64,000 nucleotides of DNA from an uncultured Clostridium sp. (GTDB taxonomy: Bacteria; Bacillota_I; Bacilli_A; RF39; UBA660): NCBI GenBank assembly GCA_964388545.1, contig CAYMAV010000001.1:6272-70271 (forward strand). The letters run 5' to 3'. Below the pieces are notes generated by a model. That model had not been told where the DNA came from, did no database searches, and was given only the letters and a program-made list of their open reading frames with translations. Both the position numbers and the translations under genes were made by a program. Within the stretch, counting starts at the first letter, position 1; every line of letters starts with the position of its first letter. Positions 47,358-56,091 of the stretch are shown here, one piece after another.

Positions 47358-48374
47358 ATGACAGAAAAATATAAAATTTTAAATGATGAATCACTAGAAT
47401 TTTTTGAAAATCTTTTAAAAGATAAAGTCAAGGATAAAAATAATTTAGACAGATGTAAGAATGAATTAAAATTACTTTATGAAACAGGTTCTCTTTTTAT
47501 TATAGAAGCCTTATATTTATATAAAAAGAAAAATAAACATATAAAATACTTTTTTAAAAGAACATTTAATAATCTACTTATATTATATTTATTAAAATTA
47601 AATGCTGTTGATCCAATAAAATATAACTTACCATATTATTTTTTTAACGAAAACAAATTAGATGTCGCTATAATAAATGAACCGTCAATTATCTTTATTT
47701 GTTATGAGCTAGGCAAAAAGGATTCCTTCAAAGTAATAGCTGGAAATTTTCAAGAAGAAGACATAGAAGATGTTCCCTTTTTGCTTGATCATTACATATT
47801 TATCCCATATTATATACATCCTTTGGATATGCAGTTTAAATTAAGAAATAGTATGTTTGAAACAGTTGAAGATTTTAGGAATTATAAAAATGAATATTTG
47901 ATTGCTAGAATAAGCGAAATAGAGCCTTTTGTAAATTTAGATATAAAGATCGAAAATGCTTTTACATCAGAATTTGAATTAATGTTAAAAGAAAAATTAA
48001 AACCAAAAACCTTTAATGACTATGTTAAAATTATCTCACTAGCACATGGGACTAATGTATGGAGTGATAATCAAGACAAGCTCTTTGAAAAAGGGAAAAT
48101 TAACATTAAAAATATAATTAGTAATAGAGAAGATATTTATGAACTATTACTTGATCATTCTATAGATGAAAAAACAGCATTAAGAATGTGTAAAGTTTTA
48201 TTTTTTCCAAAGAAAAATAAAAATTATGAATGGAAGGAATGTATAAAAATTATGAATGATCATAATATAGATGATATGTATATAGATATTTTCTATAGAT
48301 TAAATTATATAGCTCCTAGAGGTCAATATGTTAATGAATGTTTAATTGCATTAGATAAGAAAAATTATGTATAA
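47358..48374 (+). CDS. Stand-alone PolC/DnaE C-terminal-region-like protein (pol III alpha fingers/HhH-region homolog lacking the catalytic palm)
   Basis: [51 protein letters not shown] and [16 protein letters not shown] align with the PolC segments [49 protein letters not shown] and YMFPKAHAAAYVLMAV. N-terminal [23 protein letters not shown] resembles [31 protein letters not shown]. Confidence 0.55.
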   Translation: [338 protein letters not shown]

Positions 48375-48392
48375 AAGAAGCATAGATAAAAT

Positions 48393-48803
48393 CTATGCTT
48401 TATATTTTCTTTTAGAATCTTCATACACCAAACTTATTAACCTATCCAAACCCTCATCTTGATTATATCCATCATATTTAGGCGCTCTTTCTAGCTCTTG
48501 AATTTCACTAAACATATCCCAAAACTCTAACTTAAAATGAAATGAAAAATGTCCTTTTGGTGTTTCAATTCCTACAATAAAATCGCCATTAAACATCGGA
48601 TCATTTTCTTCATCAAAATGTTTTTTAGATTTCCATGCTTTATCTTTATTTTGGTTACATATAACACTAAACAAATATACCCTTTGTTTATATAAATCCC
48701 CAAAAGTATGATATTTATCCGATACTTTTTTAGTATTTAAACCCATATTATCTTTTAACCTTACAATCAAACGATTTACAACATCATGCGGTTCCCTAAG
48801 CAT
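48393..48803 (-). CDS. Hypothetical protein
   Basis: 136 aa, no recognizable motif. 24-bp gap to the upstream P-loop gene. Confidence 0.45.
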   Translation of the reverse strand: MLREPHDVVNRLIVRLKDNMGLNTKKVSDKYHTFGDLYKQRVYLFSVICNQNKDKAWKSKKHFDEENDPMFNGDFIVGIETPKGHFSFHFKLEFWDMFSEIQELERAPKYDGYNQDEGLDRLISLVYEDSKRKYKA

Positions 48804-48827
48804 ATTAATAACCTCATTTCATAATTA

Positions 48828-49307
48828 TTATAGTTTATCAAAATTTCGATTATTAACAAGTATTAATTTATCTTTATATTGTTCAAGCTCTTTTAAAATT
48901 CTTTTCTCTTTTTTAAAATAAGAATTAACCACTGAATAAAAATATCCTAATTGATTAAATGTTGGTGGAGCATTATATCTTTCTTTACCAATCCTTTGTC
49001 TAAACCATCTTTTTGTAACACGAAGATAAGCCTTAACTCTACTTATTTTAATATAATATATTTTATCAGCCTTTTCTCTTCCTTTTTTAAACTTATCTCT
49101 ACCTACATCTTCAATAATCCAATCCTTTTTAATTAAAATATCTTTAAATGTTTTACTTACTTCTTCATCTGTTCTTTTAATGTTTCCATTATCATCGTCC
49201 CAAGCTACTTTATCAAGTTCATAACTTTTTATTTTATATTTCTTAGATAATTTTTCAGAAAGATAGGTTTTCCCACTTCCAGGAGATCCAATTATATATA
49301 TTCTCAT
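48828..49307 (-). CDS. P-loop NTPase, topology-modulation-protein / adenylate-kinase-like (AAA_33)
   Basis: MRIYIIGSPGSGKTYLS. Confidence 0.7.
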   Translation of the reverse strand: MRIYIIGSPGSGKTYLSEKLSKKYKIKSYELDKVAWDDDNGNIKRTDEEVSKTFKDILIKKDWIIEDVGRDKFKKGREKADKIYYIKISRVKAYLRVTKRWFRQRIGKERYNAPPTFNQLGYFYSVVNSYFKKEKRILKELEQYKDKLILVNNRNFDKL

Positions 49308-49337
49308 ACTATAAAATCCTTTCTTTAATAATGTAAA

Positions 49338-50204
49338 TTACTGATTAAAAAACATTTTAAAGAAAAATATTCCATATTGAATTATTCTTTTTATTTCACT
49401 TAAGTCTTTTATCTCTTCTTTTTCTTCTTCTAACTTTTCAACTATAATTTTATATTCTTGCTCTTCTTGATTTTCTGCTATTACTTTAATGATAATTTCA
49501 TTTTCCCCAACCGTTAAATTTTCATTGCCTGTTATTATAACCTTAGCATTACCATCTTCTAAATCGTAACTAATATTTAGGTTATCTTGATTAAAAGGTA
49601 TAGTAATTTCTTTATTTTCAAATTCAAAGAAATCTAATTTTTTTTCATCAACCTTTATTACAATATTTTTATTATTACTAAGAATCTTTTCTCTAACAAT
49701 TACCAATTTATATTCCTTAACAGATCCATTTTCGGCAGCAACTTTTATAGGAACTATATTTTCTCTGATAGTCAAATCAACATTCTTATTATAGTTGATT
49801 GTTGCTTTACTATGCCCTGCAGTTGCTAATATAACCGCTTTTTCTTGTTTTGTTGTATAAATTAACTCTTCTTTAATTTCAACTTTATCATTATTAACAA
49901 TTATAGATAGTAATGAATTATCAGCACTTTTAGTTATTACAATATTTTTTGATGGGATATTTTGAGAGGTATTTTGATTACTTGTTGATTTACAAGGATA
50001 ATAATACATTTCCTTCCCAGATGCATTATAACCTCCTTTTGATGTTCTTACAGCAACATGCCAGTGTCCATCCATATGTTGACCATATGTAACTCCGTTG
50101 CAAGAAATAATGCTATTTTTCTTTAAAGCTCCAGGTGTTGCATTAACATTTTGAACATTAACTAAAAATATTATAATAATTAGTATAAAAATTCTTTTTT
50201 TCAT
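49338..50204 (-). CDS. Secreted protein with signal peptide, His-rich N-terminal module and cadherin-like beta-sandwich repeats
   Basis: MKKRIFILIIIIFLVNVQNVNA signal. GQHMDGHWHVA. Repeated Ig-like segments. Confidence 0.5.
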   Translation of the reverse strand: MKKRIFILIIIIFLVNVQNVNATPGALKKNSIISCNGVTYGQHMDGHWHVAVRTSKGGYNASGKEMYYYPCKSTSNQNTSQNIPSKNIVITKSADNSLLSIIVNNDKVEIKEELIYTTKQEKAVILATAGHSKATINYNKNVDLTIRENIVPIKVAAENGSVKEYKLVIVREKILSNNKNIVIKVDEKKLDFFEFENKEITIPFNQDNLNISYDLEDGNAKVIITGNENLTVGENEIIIKVIAENQEEQEYKIIVEKLEEEKEEIKDLSEIKRIIQYGIFFFKMFFNQ

Positions 50205-50290
50205 AAAATTTTCTCCTTTTAATTATTTAATATACATTATACCTAAATTATATAACCTATTTTTAAATAAAAGTAAATAAATATGTTTAT

Positions 50291-50779
50291 TTATATCTTT
50301 TTCATTACCTCAAAATTTCTATCTAAATAACCATTTTTATAATAAAACTTTTTCGCCCTTTCATTATATGAAAAAACATCTATTGATATAGCTCTACACC
50401 CAACAGATTTAAAATAACTTTCCATTTTATTCATTAATTCATTTCCGATTCCTTTTGTTCTGGAATTGCTTGATACTATTAACTCGCTTATCCTTCCTCG
50501 CTTTGGTGCTTTAAAATTATAAAGATCTTGTTCTTCATTATTAATTAGTCCTACTATTAAACCTATTGCTTTTTCTTTTTCGACAGCCAAAAACATTTTA
50601 CCTTCAAAATCATCAAGTTCTTTCATTATCGTTTTAAATTGAATTTCTCTATACCCTTCCGTAATGATATTATATCCATCCTTATCTATTGAAACTATGT
50701 ATTCTTGTAATTCAGCCAATAAATCTTTAACACCTTCACTATATTTTTTATTATATTCTATAATTTTCATTAATATCAC
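50291..50779 (-). CDS. GNAT family N-acetyltransferase
   Basis: RTKGIGNELMNKMESYF and ERAKKFYYKNGY motifs. Confidence 0.8.
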   Translation of the reverse strand: MILMKIIEYNKKYSEGVKDLLAELQEYIVSIDKDGYNIITEGYREIQFKTIMKELDDFEGKMFLAVEKEKAIGLIVGLINNEEQDLYNFKAPKRGRISELIVSSNSRTKGIGNELMNKMESYFKSVGCRAISIDVFSYNERAKKFYYKNGYLDRNFEVMKKI

Positions 50780-50836
50780 CTGAATTTATTATAACAAAAA
50801 AACCTAGCATTTTTATACTAAGTTTTAATAATCAAT

Positions 50837-50910
50837 TGGCAGGGATAGAAGGATTCGAACCCTCACGAACGGTTTTGGAGACCGACATACTACCATTATA
50901 TGATATCCCT
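50837..50910 (-). tRNA. tRNA-Trp (anticodon CCA)
   Basis: Revcomp AGGGATATCATATAATGGTAGTATGTCGGTCTCCAAAACCGTTCGTGAGGGTTCGAATCCTTCTATCCCTGCCA. Anticodon loop CTCCAAA. Closely parallels Bacillus tRNA-Trp. Confidence 0.85.
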
Positions 50911-50972
50911 AAATATAGATTTATTTCTAAATCTATAAGGTATTTTAACATTTTTATATGTTTTTATCAATA

Positions 50973-51374
50973 TCAATTGGAATTGACCTCTAACTCATTA
51001 ATATTTTTATCAATATCACTTTTAAGAGTTGTATTTAAATTCTCATAATTTTCTACAGCCATATTTAAAAATTTTATATATATTAACAACGACTCTGATA
51101 TTGAATCATAACTATTAGTAAGCTCTAAATATTTTTCACAATATTTTTTTTGAAGTTCACTATTCCATATATCGGTCCCTAATTCAGAATAAAACTTTAG
51201 CAGCTTTTCTTGAAACTCTCCGCCTAAATTTCCAACAATATAATTACAAGCAGTCATTTCTGCCAATATATTTTTAAAATTTACAGATAAACTTTCCTTA
51301 GTTGTTTTTAAGGTTACAGAATCTGATAATTTATTATAATAATCTTGCATTTCTGCCGTAAAATATTGCCCCAT
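50973..51374 (-). CDS. Hypothetical protein
   Basis: 133 aa, acidic, predicted helical. Confidence 0.45.
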   Translation of the reverse strand: MGQYFTAEMQDYYNKLSDSVTLKTTKESLSVNFKNILAEMTACNYIVGNLGGEFQEKLLKFYSELGTDIWNSELQKKYCEKYLELTNSYDSISESLLIYIKFLNMAVENYENLNTTLKSDIDKNINELEVNSN

Positions 51375-51434
51375 ATAAAGACCTAATAATCTTTTTATTA
51401 TATTAGGTTAATTATATCATTATTTAATAATTAT

Positions 51435-52532
51435 TTATACATTAAATCTAAAAAAGCAAATATCTCCATCTTGCATTAAATAGTCTTTCCCTTCAAGTCT
51501 TGTTTTTCCTGTTTCTCTAACTTTTAATTCGCTACCATATTTGTCAAGATCATCATAAGTTATAGTTTCTGATCTGATAAAGCCTTTTTCGAAATCTGTA
51601 TGAATTATTCCAGCACATTGTTTAGCATTCATTCCTTTTTTAAATGTCCAAGCTTTAACCTCATCTGGCCCACCGGTAAAAAATGTTGCTAATCCTAGCA
51701 AATCATAAGTAGCTCTTATAAGTAAATCTAGACCACTTTCTTCAACTCCGATAGTTGATAGCATTTCTTTTTTCTCTTCAGGACTTAATTCCGATAACTC
51801 TTCTTCCATTTTACAAGATACTTTAATTACTCTAGCATCCTCATCTTTAGCATATTCTTCTAACTTTTTAACATATTCATTTCCATCTACTAAATCATCT
51901 TCAACAACATTTGCTAAATATATAATCGGTTTTATTGTCAATAAACTAAAAGATTTTAAAAACTTATGTTCTTCATCACTAAATTTAACATTTCTTAAAC
52001 TAATACCATTTTCTAAAGCCTCTTTTGCCTTTTTTAAAGCTTCATACTCATCAAGAGATTCTCTATCTTTAGTCGTCTCAGCTTTCTTTTTTATTTTATC
52101 AATTCTCGCATTAACTATTTCTAAGTCAGATATTGATAATTCTAAATTAATAATTTCAACATCGCGAATAGGATCTACTCCCTCTTCAACATGAATAATA
52201 TCTGCACTATCAAAACATCTAACCACTTCAACTATCGCATCGACTTCCCTAATATGAGATAAAAATTTGTTACCTAGACCTTCTCCTTCACTAGCACCCT
52301 TTACAAGACCTGCTATATCAGTAAACTCATAAGTCGTTGGCGATAACTTTCTAGGTTGATAAATCTCTTCTAATCTTTTTAGTCTTGAATCTGGCACAAT
52401 TACTACTCCGACATTAGGTTCAATTGTTGCAAAAGGATAGTTAGCTGCTAAAATTCGCTGTTTTGTAATCGCATTAAATAAAGTAGATTTCCCAACATTA
52501 GGAAGTCCAACTATACCTGCTCTTAAACTCAT
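51435..52532 (-). CDS. ychF: Ribosome-binding ATPase YchF
   Basis: GIVGLPNVGKSTLFNAIT plus a TGS domain. 365 aa. Confidence 0.9.
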   Translation of the reverse strand: MSLRAGIVGLPNVGKSTLFNAITKQRILAANYPFATIEPNVGVVIVPDSRLKRLEEIYQPRKLSPTTYEFTDIAGLVKGASEGEGLGNKFLSHIREVDAIVEVVRCFDSADIIHVEEGVDPIRDVEIINLELSISDLEIVNARIDKIKKKAETTKDRESLDEYEALKKAKEALENGISLRNVKFSDEEHKFLKSFSLLTIKPIIYLANVVEDDLVDGNEYVKKLEEYAKDEDARVIKVSCKMEEELSELSPEEKKEMLSTIGVEESGLDLLIRATYDLLGLATFFTGGPDEVKAWTFKKGMNAKQCAGIIHTDFEKGFIRSETITYDDLDKYGSELKVRETGKTRLEGKDYLMQDGDICFFRFNV

Positions 52533-52544
52533 TTAAATTCCCCC

Positions 52545-54134
52545 TTATATAATTGGAAATACATTTGGTCCAATTGGTAAATTAATAATATAAAATATAA
52601 TAACTATAAATATCCAAGTTATTCCTATAATTAAACTATATGGATAAATATAGTTTAATGCCTTTTTAATCGATATTGGTTCTTTATCCGTATTATAGAT
52701 ATTTAAATAACCAAGAAATATCGCAAAATATGCCATCAAAGGAGTAAAACCTTTAGTCATTGAATCTCCAGCTCTAAAAATAAATTGAGAAAATTGAGGA
52801 GATATATTATATTGCATAAATAAAGGTACCATAACTGGCGCTAATATAACCCATTTTGGTGTTTGTGTTGTTATAAACAATCCGGATATTGCAATTAAAA
52901 TTAAAACTAAAAGTACTAATGGAAATCCACTAAAAGACAAATCCTTTATAAAATTTGCAATAAGTGATAATACATAGGTTCCAATATTAGTCTTTTTAAA
53001 AACTGCGATAAATTGTGATGCAAAAAATATTAATGCCGATAAATATCCAACATCACTTAAATAAACAGAGGTTTTATCAAATAAATCTTTATCACTTTTT
53101 ATCGTTTTAGCTGCTATACCATAAGATAGACCCATTAACAAAAACATCATTGATATTAAGAAAGTAAAACCTTCTTGGAAATATGAGTTAGCCCCAAAAA
53201 GTTGATTAATATAAGTTTTTTCGTTTAAATCTAAAAGTAAACCACTAAGAGGTAAATTAGGAATTAACATATAAGCAATCAATAAAATAGATATTAAAAA
53301 AGTTATTAAAGATGCTTTAATTCCCTTTCTTTCTCTTAATTCTAGTTCTATTAATTTTTGCTCTTCTTCCTTAATATTTACAACCTCAATATTTTTTGTG
53401 GATCCTTCTATTTCATCCTTATCATTTTTATATTTTCCAATTCTATTAACAAGAATTTTTTCAACAACATAGGTACCAACTATTGATAAAACAAAGGTGG
53501 AAATAATAATTGCAATTAAATTAGATAGCATCTCAACGTGATATGTATTATCGATTAATCTTGCTGCTTCCTCTGTAATAGGGACTAAATTAACCTCCGC
53601 GCTTCCTGCAAAAAGAGTAACTCCATATGAGAAAGCAACTCCACAAAAGCTGGCAATAATACCTAGTATCGGATTTCTTCCATTAGATAGAAAGATTAAA
53701 GCTGATAGAGGAATTAAAATAACATAACCGACATCGTTGATAATGCTTGATATTCCTGCAATAAAAATAATTAAAAAGGTAATAATCTTCTTATCAATTT
53801 TTGATATATACCTTTTTATAAACGCATCAATAAAGCCACTAGCATATGCAACCGAAAGTCCAATAAGCGCGATTATTAAGTTATTTAACGGGGTAAAAGT
53901 TACAAAGTTCTTAGCTGCATTACTAATTAAAAACTTAAAGCCTTCAAAATTAAATAATCCTTCTACGCTTACTAGAACACTTTCAAATTTATTAGCACCA
54001 ACTATTTTATAATAAGATGTATTGGCATTTAATTTAGCTAATATCGAACTAAAAAGCATAACTAAAAAAGTTAATATTACAAATGTTGTTATTGGATGTA
54101 CAAATAATTCCTTATATTTTTTCTTTTTAAACAT
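52545..54134 (-). CDS. AbgT-family transporter (p-aminobenzoyl-glutamate transporter family)
   Basis: IPLSALIFLSNGRNPILGIIASFCGVAFSYGV matches MPPMGALIFLAVGRHPVAGLLAAIAGVGCGFTA. C-terminal LPIGPNVFP matches LPIGPGIYP. Confidence 0.7.
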   Translation of the reverse strand: MFKKKKYKELFVHPITTFVILTFLVMLFSSILAKLNANTSYYKIVGANKFESVLVSVEGLFNFEGFKFLISNAAKNFVTFTPLNNLIIALIGLSVAYASGFIDAFIKRYISKIDKKIITFLIIFIAGISSIINDVGYVILIPLSALIFLSNGRNPILGIIASFCGVAFSYGVTLFAGSAEVNLVPITEEAARLIDNTYHVEMLSNLIAIIISTFVLSIVGTYVVEKILVNRIGKYKNDKDEIEGSTKNIEVVNIKEEEQKLIELELRERKGIKASLITFLISILLIAYMLIPNLPLSGLLLDLNEKTYINQLFGANSYFQEGFTFLISMMFLLMGLSYGIAAKTIKSDKDLFDKTSVYLSDVGYLSALIFFASQFIAVFKKTNIGTYVLSLIANFIKDLSFSGFPLVLLVLILIAISGLFITTQTPKWVILAPVMVPLFMQYNISPQFSQFIFRAGDSMTKGFTPLMAYFAIFLGYLNIYNTDKEPISIKKALNYIYPYSLIIGITWIFIVIIFYIINLPIGPNVFPII

Positions 54135-54141
54135 ATCGCAC

Positions 54142-54342
54142 CTATTCTATAACCCTTTTTAACTTTTTATTAAAATCTACTCTTGGCAGCATAATTACTC
54201 TATTGCAATTAACACATCTTAATTTGATATCGGCTCCTACCCTAGTTACTTCCCATTCGTTAGTACCACAAGGATGACCTTTTTTCATTATGACTCTGGA
54301 TCCAATTTCTATTTTTTTCTCTTCCATATTATCACTTCTCAT
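54142..54342 (-). CDS. Small CxxC zinc-ribbon-like protein (DUF951-like) downstream of parB
   Basis: 66 aa with HPCGTNEW...CVNCNR. 11-bp overlap with parB. Confidence 0.5.
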   Translation of the reverse strand: MRSDNMEEKKIEIGSRVIMKKGHPCGTNEWEVTRVGADIKLRCVNCNRVIMLPRVDFNKKLKRVIE

Positions 54343-55219
54343 TAATATTTAATATCTCAAGTATTCTATTTAAATCATTAACATTATTAAATGAAATATT
54401 AATCTTATTAGAGCTTATTTTAACCTTTGTTCCTAATTTCTCACACATCATGTTCTCAACATATTGATACTCTTTTTCTTTAGTATTTTTAAAAGGATTT
54501 CCTCTTTTTATACTTTGAGTTTTAATTTCGACATCACGAACATTTAAATTGTCTTGAACTATCTTGTTGGCAAGTTCTATTATTTTTTCTTTATCTTCTA
54601 ATTTACTTAATGTTCTAGCATGACTCATTGTTATTTTCCCATCAATAATCATATTTTTAACCTCTTCAGGTAAAGTAAGTAATCCGATTGTATTTGTAAT
54701 ATGACTTCTACTTTTACCTAATTTAGTTGCTAACTCTTCTTGCGTGATTTTTAACATTGCTAATAAATTTTTATAAGCATTTGCTTCTTCAATCGCATTT
54801 AAATCTTCTCTTTGCAAATTTTCTAAAACGGCAATTTGCATCATCTCATCATCATTAAATTCTCTTACAATTGCTGGTATTGTTGTTAGCCCTGCCATTT
54901 TAGATGCTCTTACTCTTCTTTCCCCCGCAATTATTTCATAACCTTTTATAGAACTTTTCTTAACAATAATCGGTTGAAAAACACCATGTTCCTTTATGGA
55001 TGCTGATAATTCTTTTAATTTTTCTTCATCAAATATCTTTCTTGGTTGATATGGATTAGGTCTTAAATCATCGATATTTATATGAATTATATCCGATTCA
55101 CTAGTTTCATTTACAATAGTCTCTTCTATTTTGTCAAAATTTAATTGTTCATTGTTAAATAACTCTTCTAAACCTTTTCCTTTACCTAATGCTTTCTTTT
55201 TAGTTTCCATTTCTTTCAA
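54332..55219 (-). CDS. parB: Chromosome partitioning protein ParB/Spo0J
   Basis: ParB box IIAGERRVRASKMAGL, HTH region. 295 aa. Confidence 0.85.
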   Translation of the reverse strand: MKEMETKKKALGKGKGLEELFNNEQLNFDKIEETIVNETSESDIIHINIDDLRPNPYQPRKIFDEEKLKELSASIKEHGVFQPIIVKKSSIKGYEIIAGERRVRASKMAGLTTIPAIVREFNDDEMMQIAVLENLQREDLNAIEEANAYKNLLAMLKITQEELATKLGKSRSHITNTIGLLTLPEEVKNMIIDGKITMSHARTLSKLEDKEKIIELANKIVQDNLNVRDVEIKTQSIKRGNPFKNTKEKEYQYVENMMCEKLGTKVKISSNKINISFNNVNDLNRILEILNINEK

Positions 55220-55985
55220 TCACTTCCTTTGCCAGATTTAAATAAGCATCTGTTGCTCTACTATTTGGATCATATGCAATTATTGGTTTACCATGCGATG
55301 GTGATTCTGCTAATCTTACTAGTCTTGGAATAATCGTATTATAAACAATTTCTTTAAAATATTTTTTTATTTCTTCTGCTACCTCAAAACCAAGATTTGC
55401 TCTTCCATCTAACATTGTAAGAAGAACTCCTTCTATTTCAAGACTTGGATTTAAATTTCTTTGTGCCATCATAATTGTATTTAATAATTGAGTAATTCCT
55501 TCTAATGGTAAAAATTCGCATTGAACTGGAATAATAACCGAATTAGATGCTGTTAGAGCATTAATTGTAATAATGCTTAACGATGGCGGACAATCAATTA
55601 TAATGTAGTCATATTCATCTTTAATTAAAACTAATTTGTTTTTTAATTGGGCACTCTTAACAAAGTTTGGCTCTTCTTTTGATTTTTCAAAAAACTCTGA
55701 TTCCAACCCACTTAAATTAACAGTTGCTGGGATCAAATGAAGTCTCTTATAATCAGTTTTAAAAACAGCCGCGTTTATTTCACACTTTTCTGTTAATACA
55801 TCATAGGTATTATTTTCAATATCTCCTTTATTTAGTCCAATCCCTGTTGTTGCGTTACCCTGAGGATCTAGATCTATTAATAAAACTTTTTTACCTAAAT
55901 ATGCAAGTGATGCAGATAAATTTATACTTGTTGTTGTCTTACCTACTCCACCTTTTTGATTTACAATTGAAATTATTTTACCCAT
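55200..55985 (-). CDS. parA: Chromosome partitioning ATPase ParA/Soj
   Basis: KIISIVNQKGGVGKTTTSINL deviant Walker A. Confidence 0.9.
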   Translation of the reverse strand: MGKIISIVNQKGGVGKTTTSINLSASLAYLGKKVLLIDLDPQGNATTGIGLNKGDIENNTYDVLTEKCEINAAVFKTDYKRLHLIPATVNLSGLESEFFEKSKEEPNFVKSAQLKNKLVLIKDEYDYIIIDCPPSLSIITINALTASNSVIIPVQCEFLPLEGITQLLNTIMMAQRNLNPSLEIEGVLLTMLDGRANLGFEVAEEIKKYFKEIVYNTIIPRLVRLAESPSHGKPIIAYDPNSRATDAYLNLAKEVIERNGN

Positions 55986-56091
55986 ATTCTATCTCCCTTC
56001 ATAACTACTATCTTATTCTACCAAAGATTAGGAAATTTATAAATGCTTTTTAGTGAATTTGGGTAAATAAAAAGACTAAGCATTTTTAATT

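Noticed and set aside
50836-51048. 70-aa + strand ORF (MAGIEGFEPSRTVLETDIL...)
   Set aside because: It is the antisense of tRNA-Trp (50837-50910) extended into an intergenic region, not a gene.
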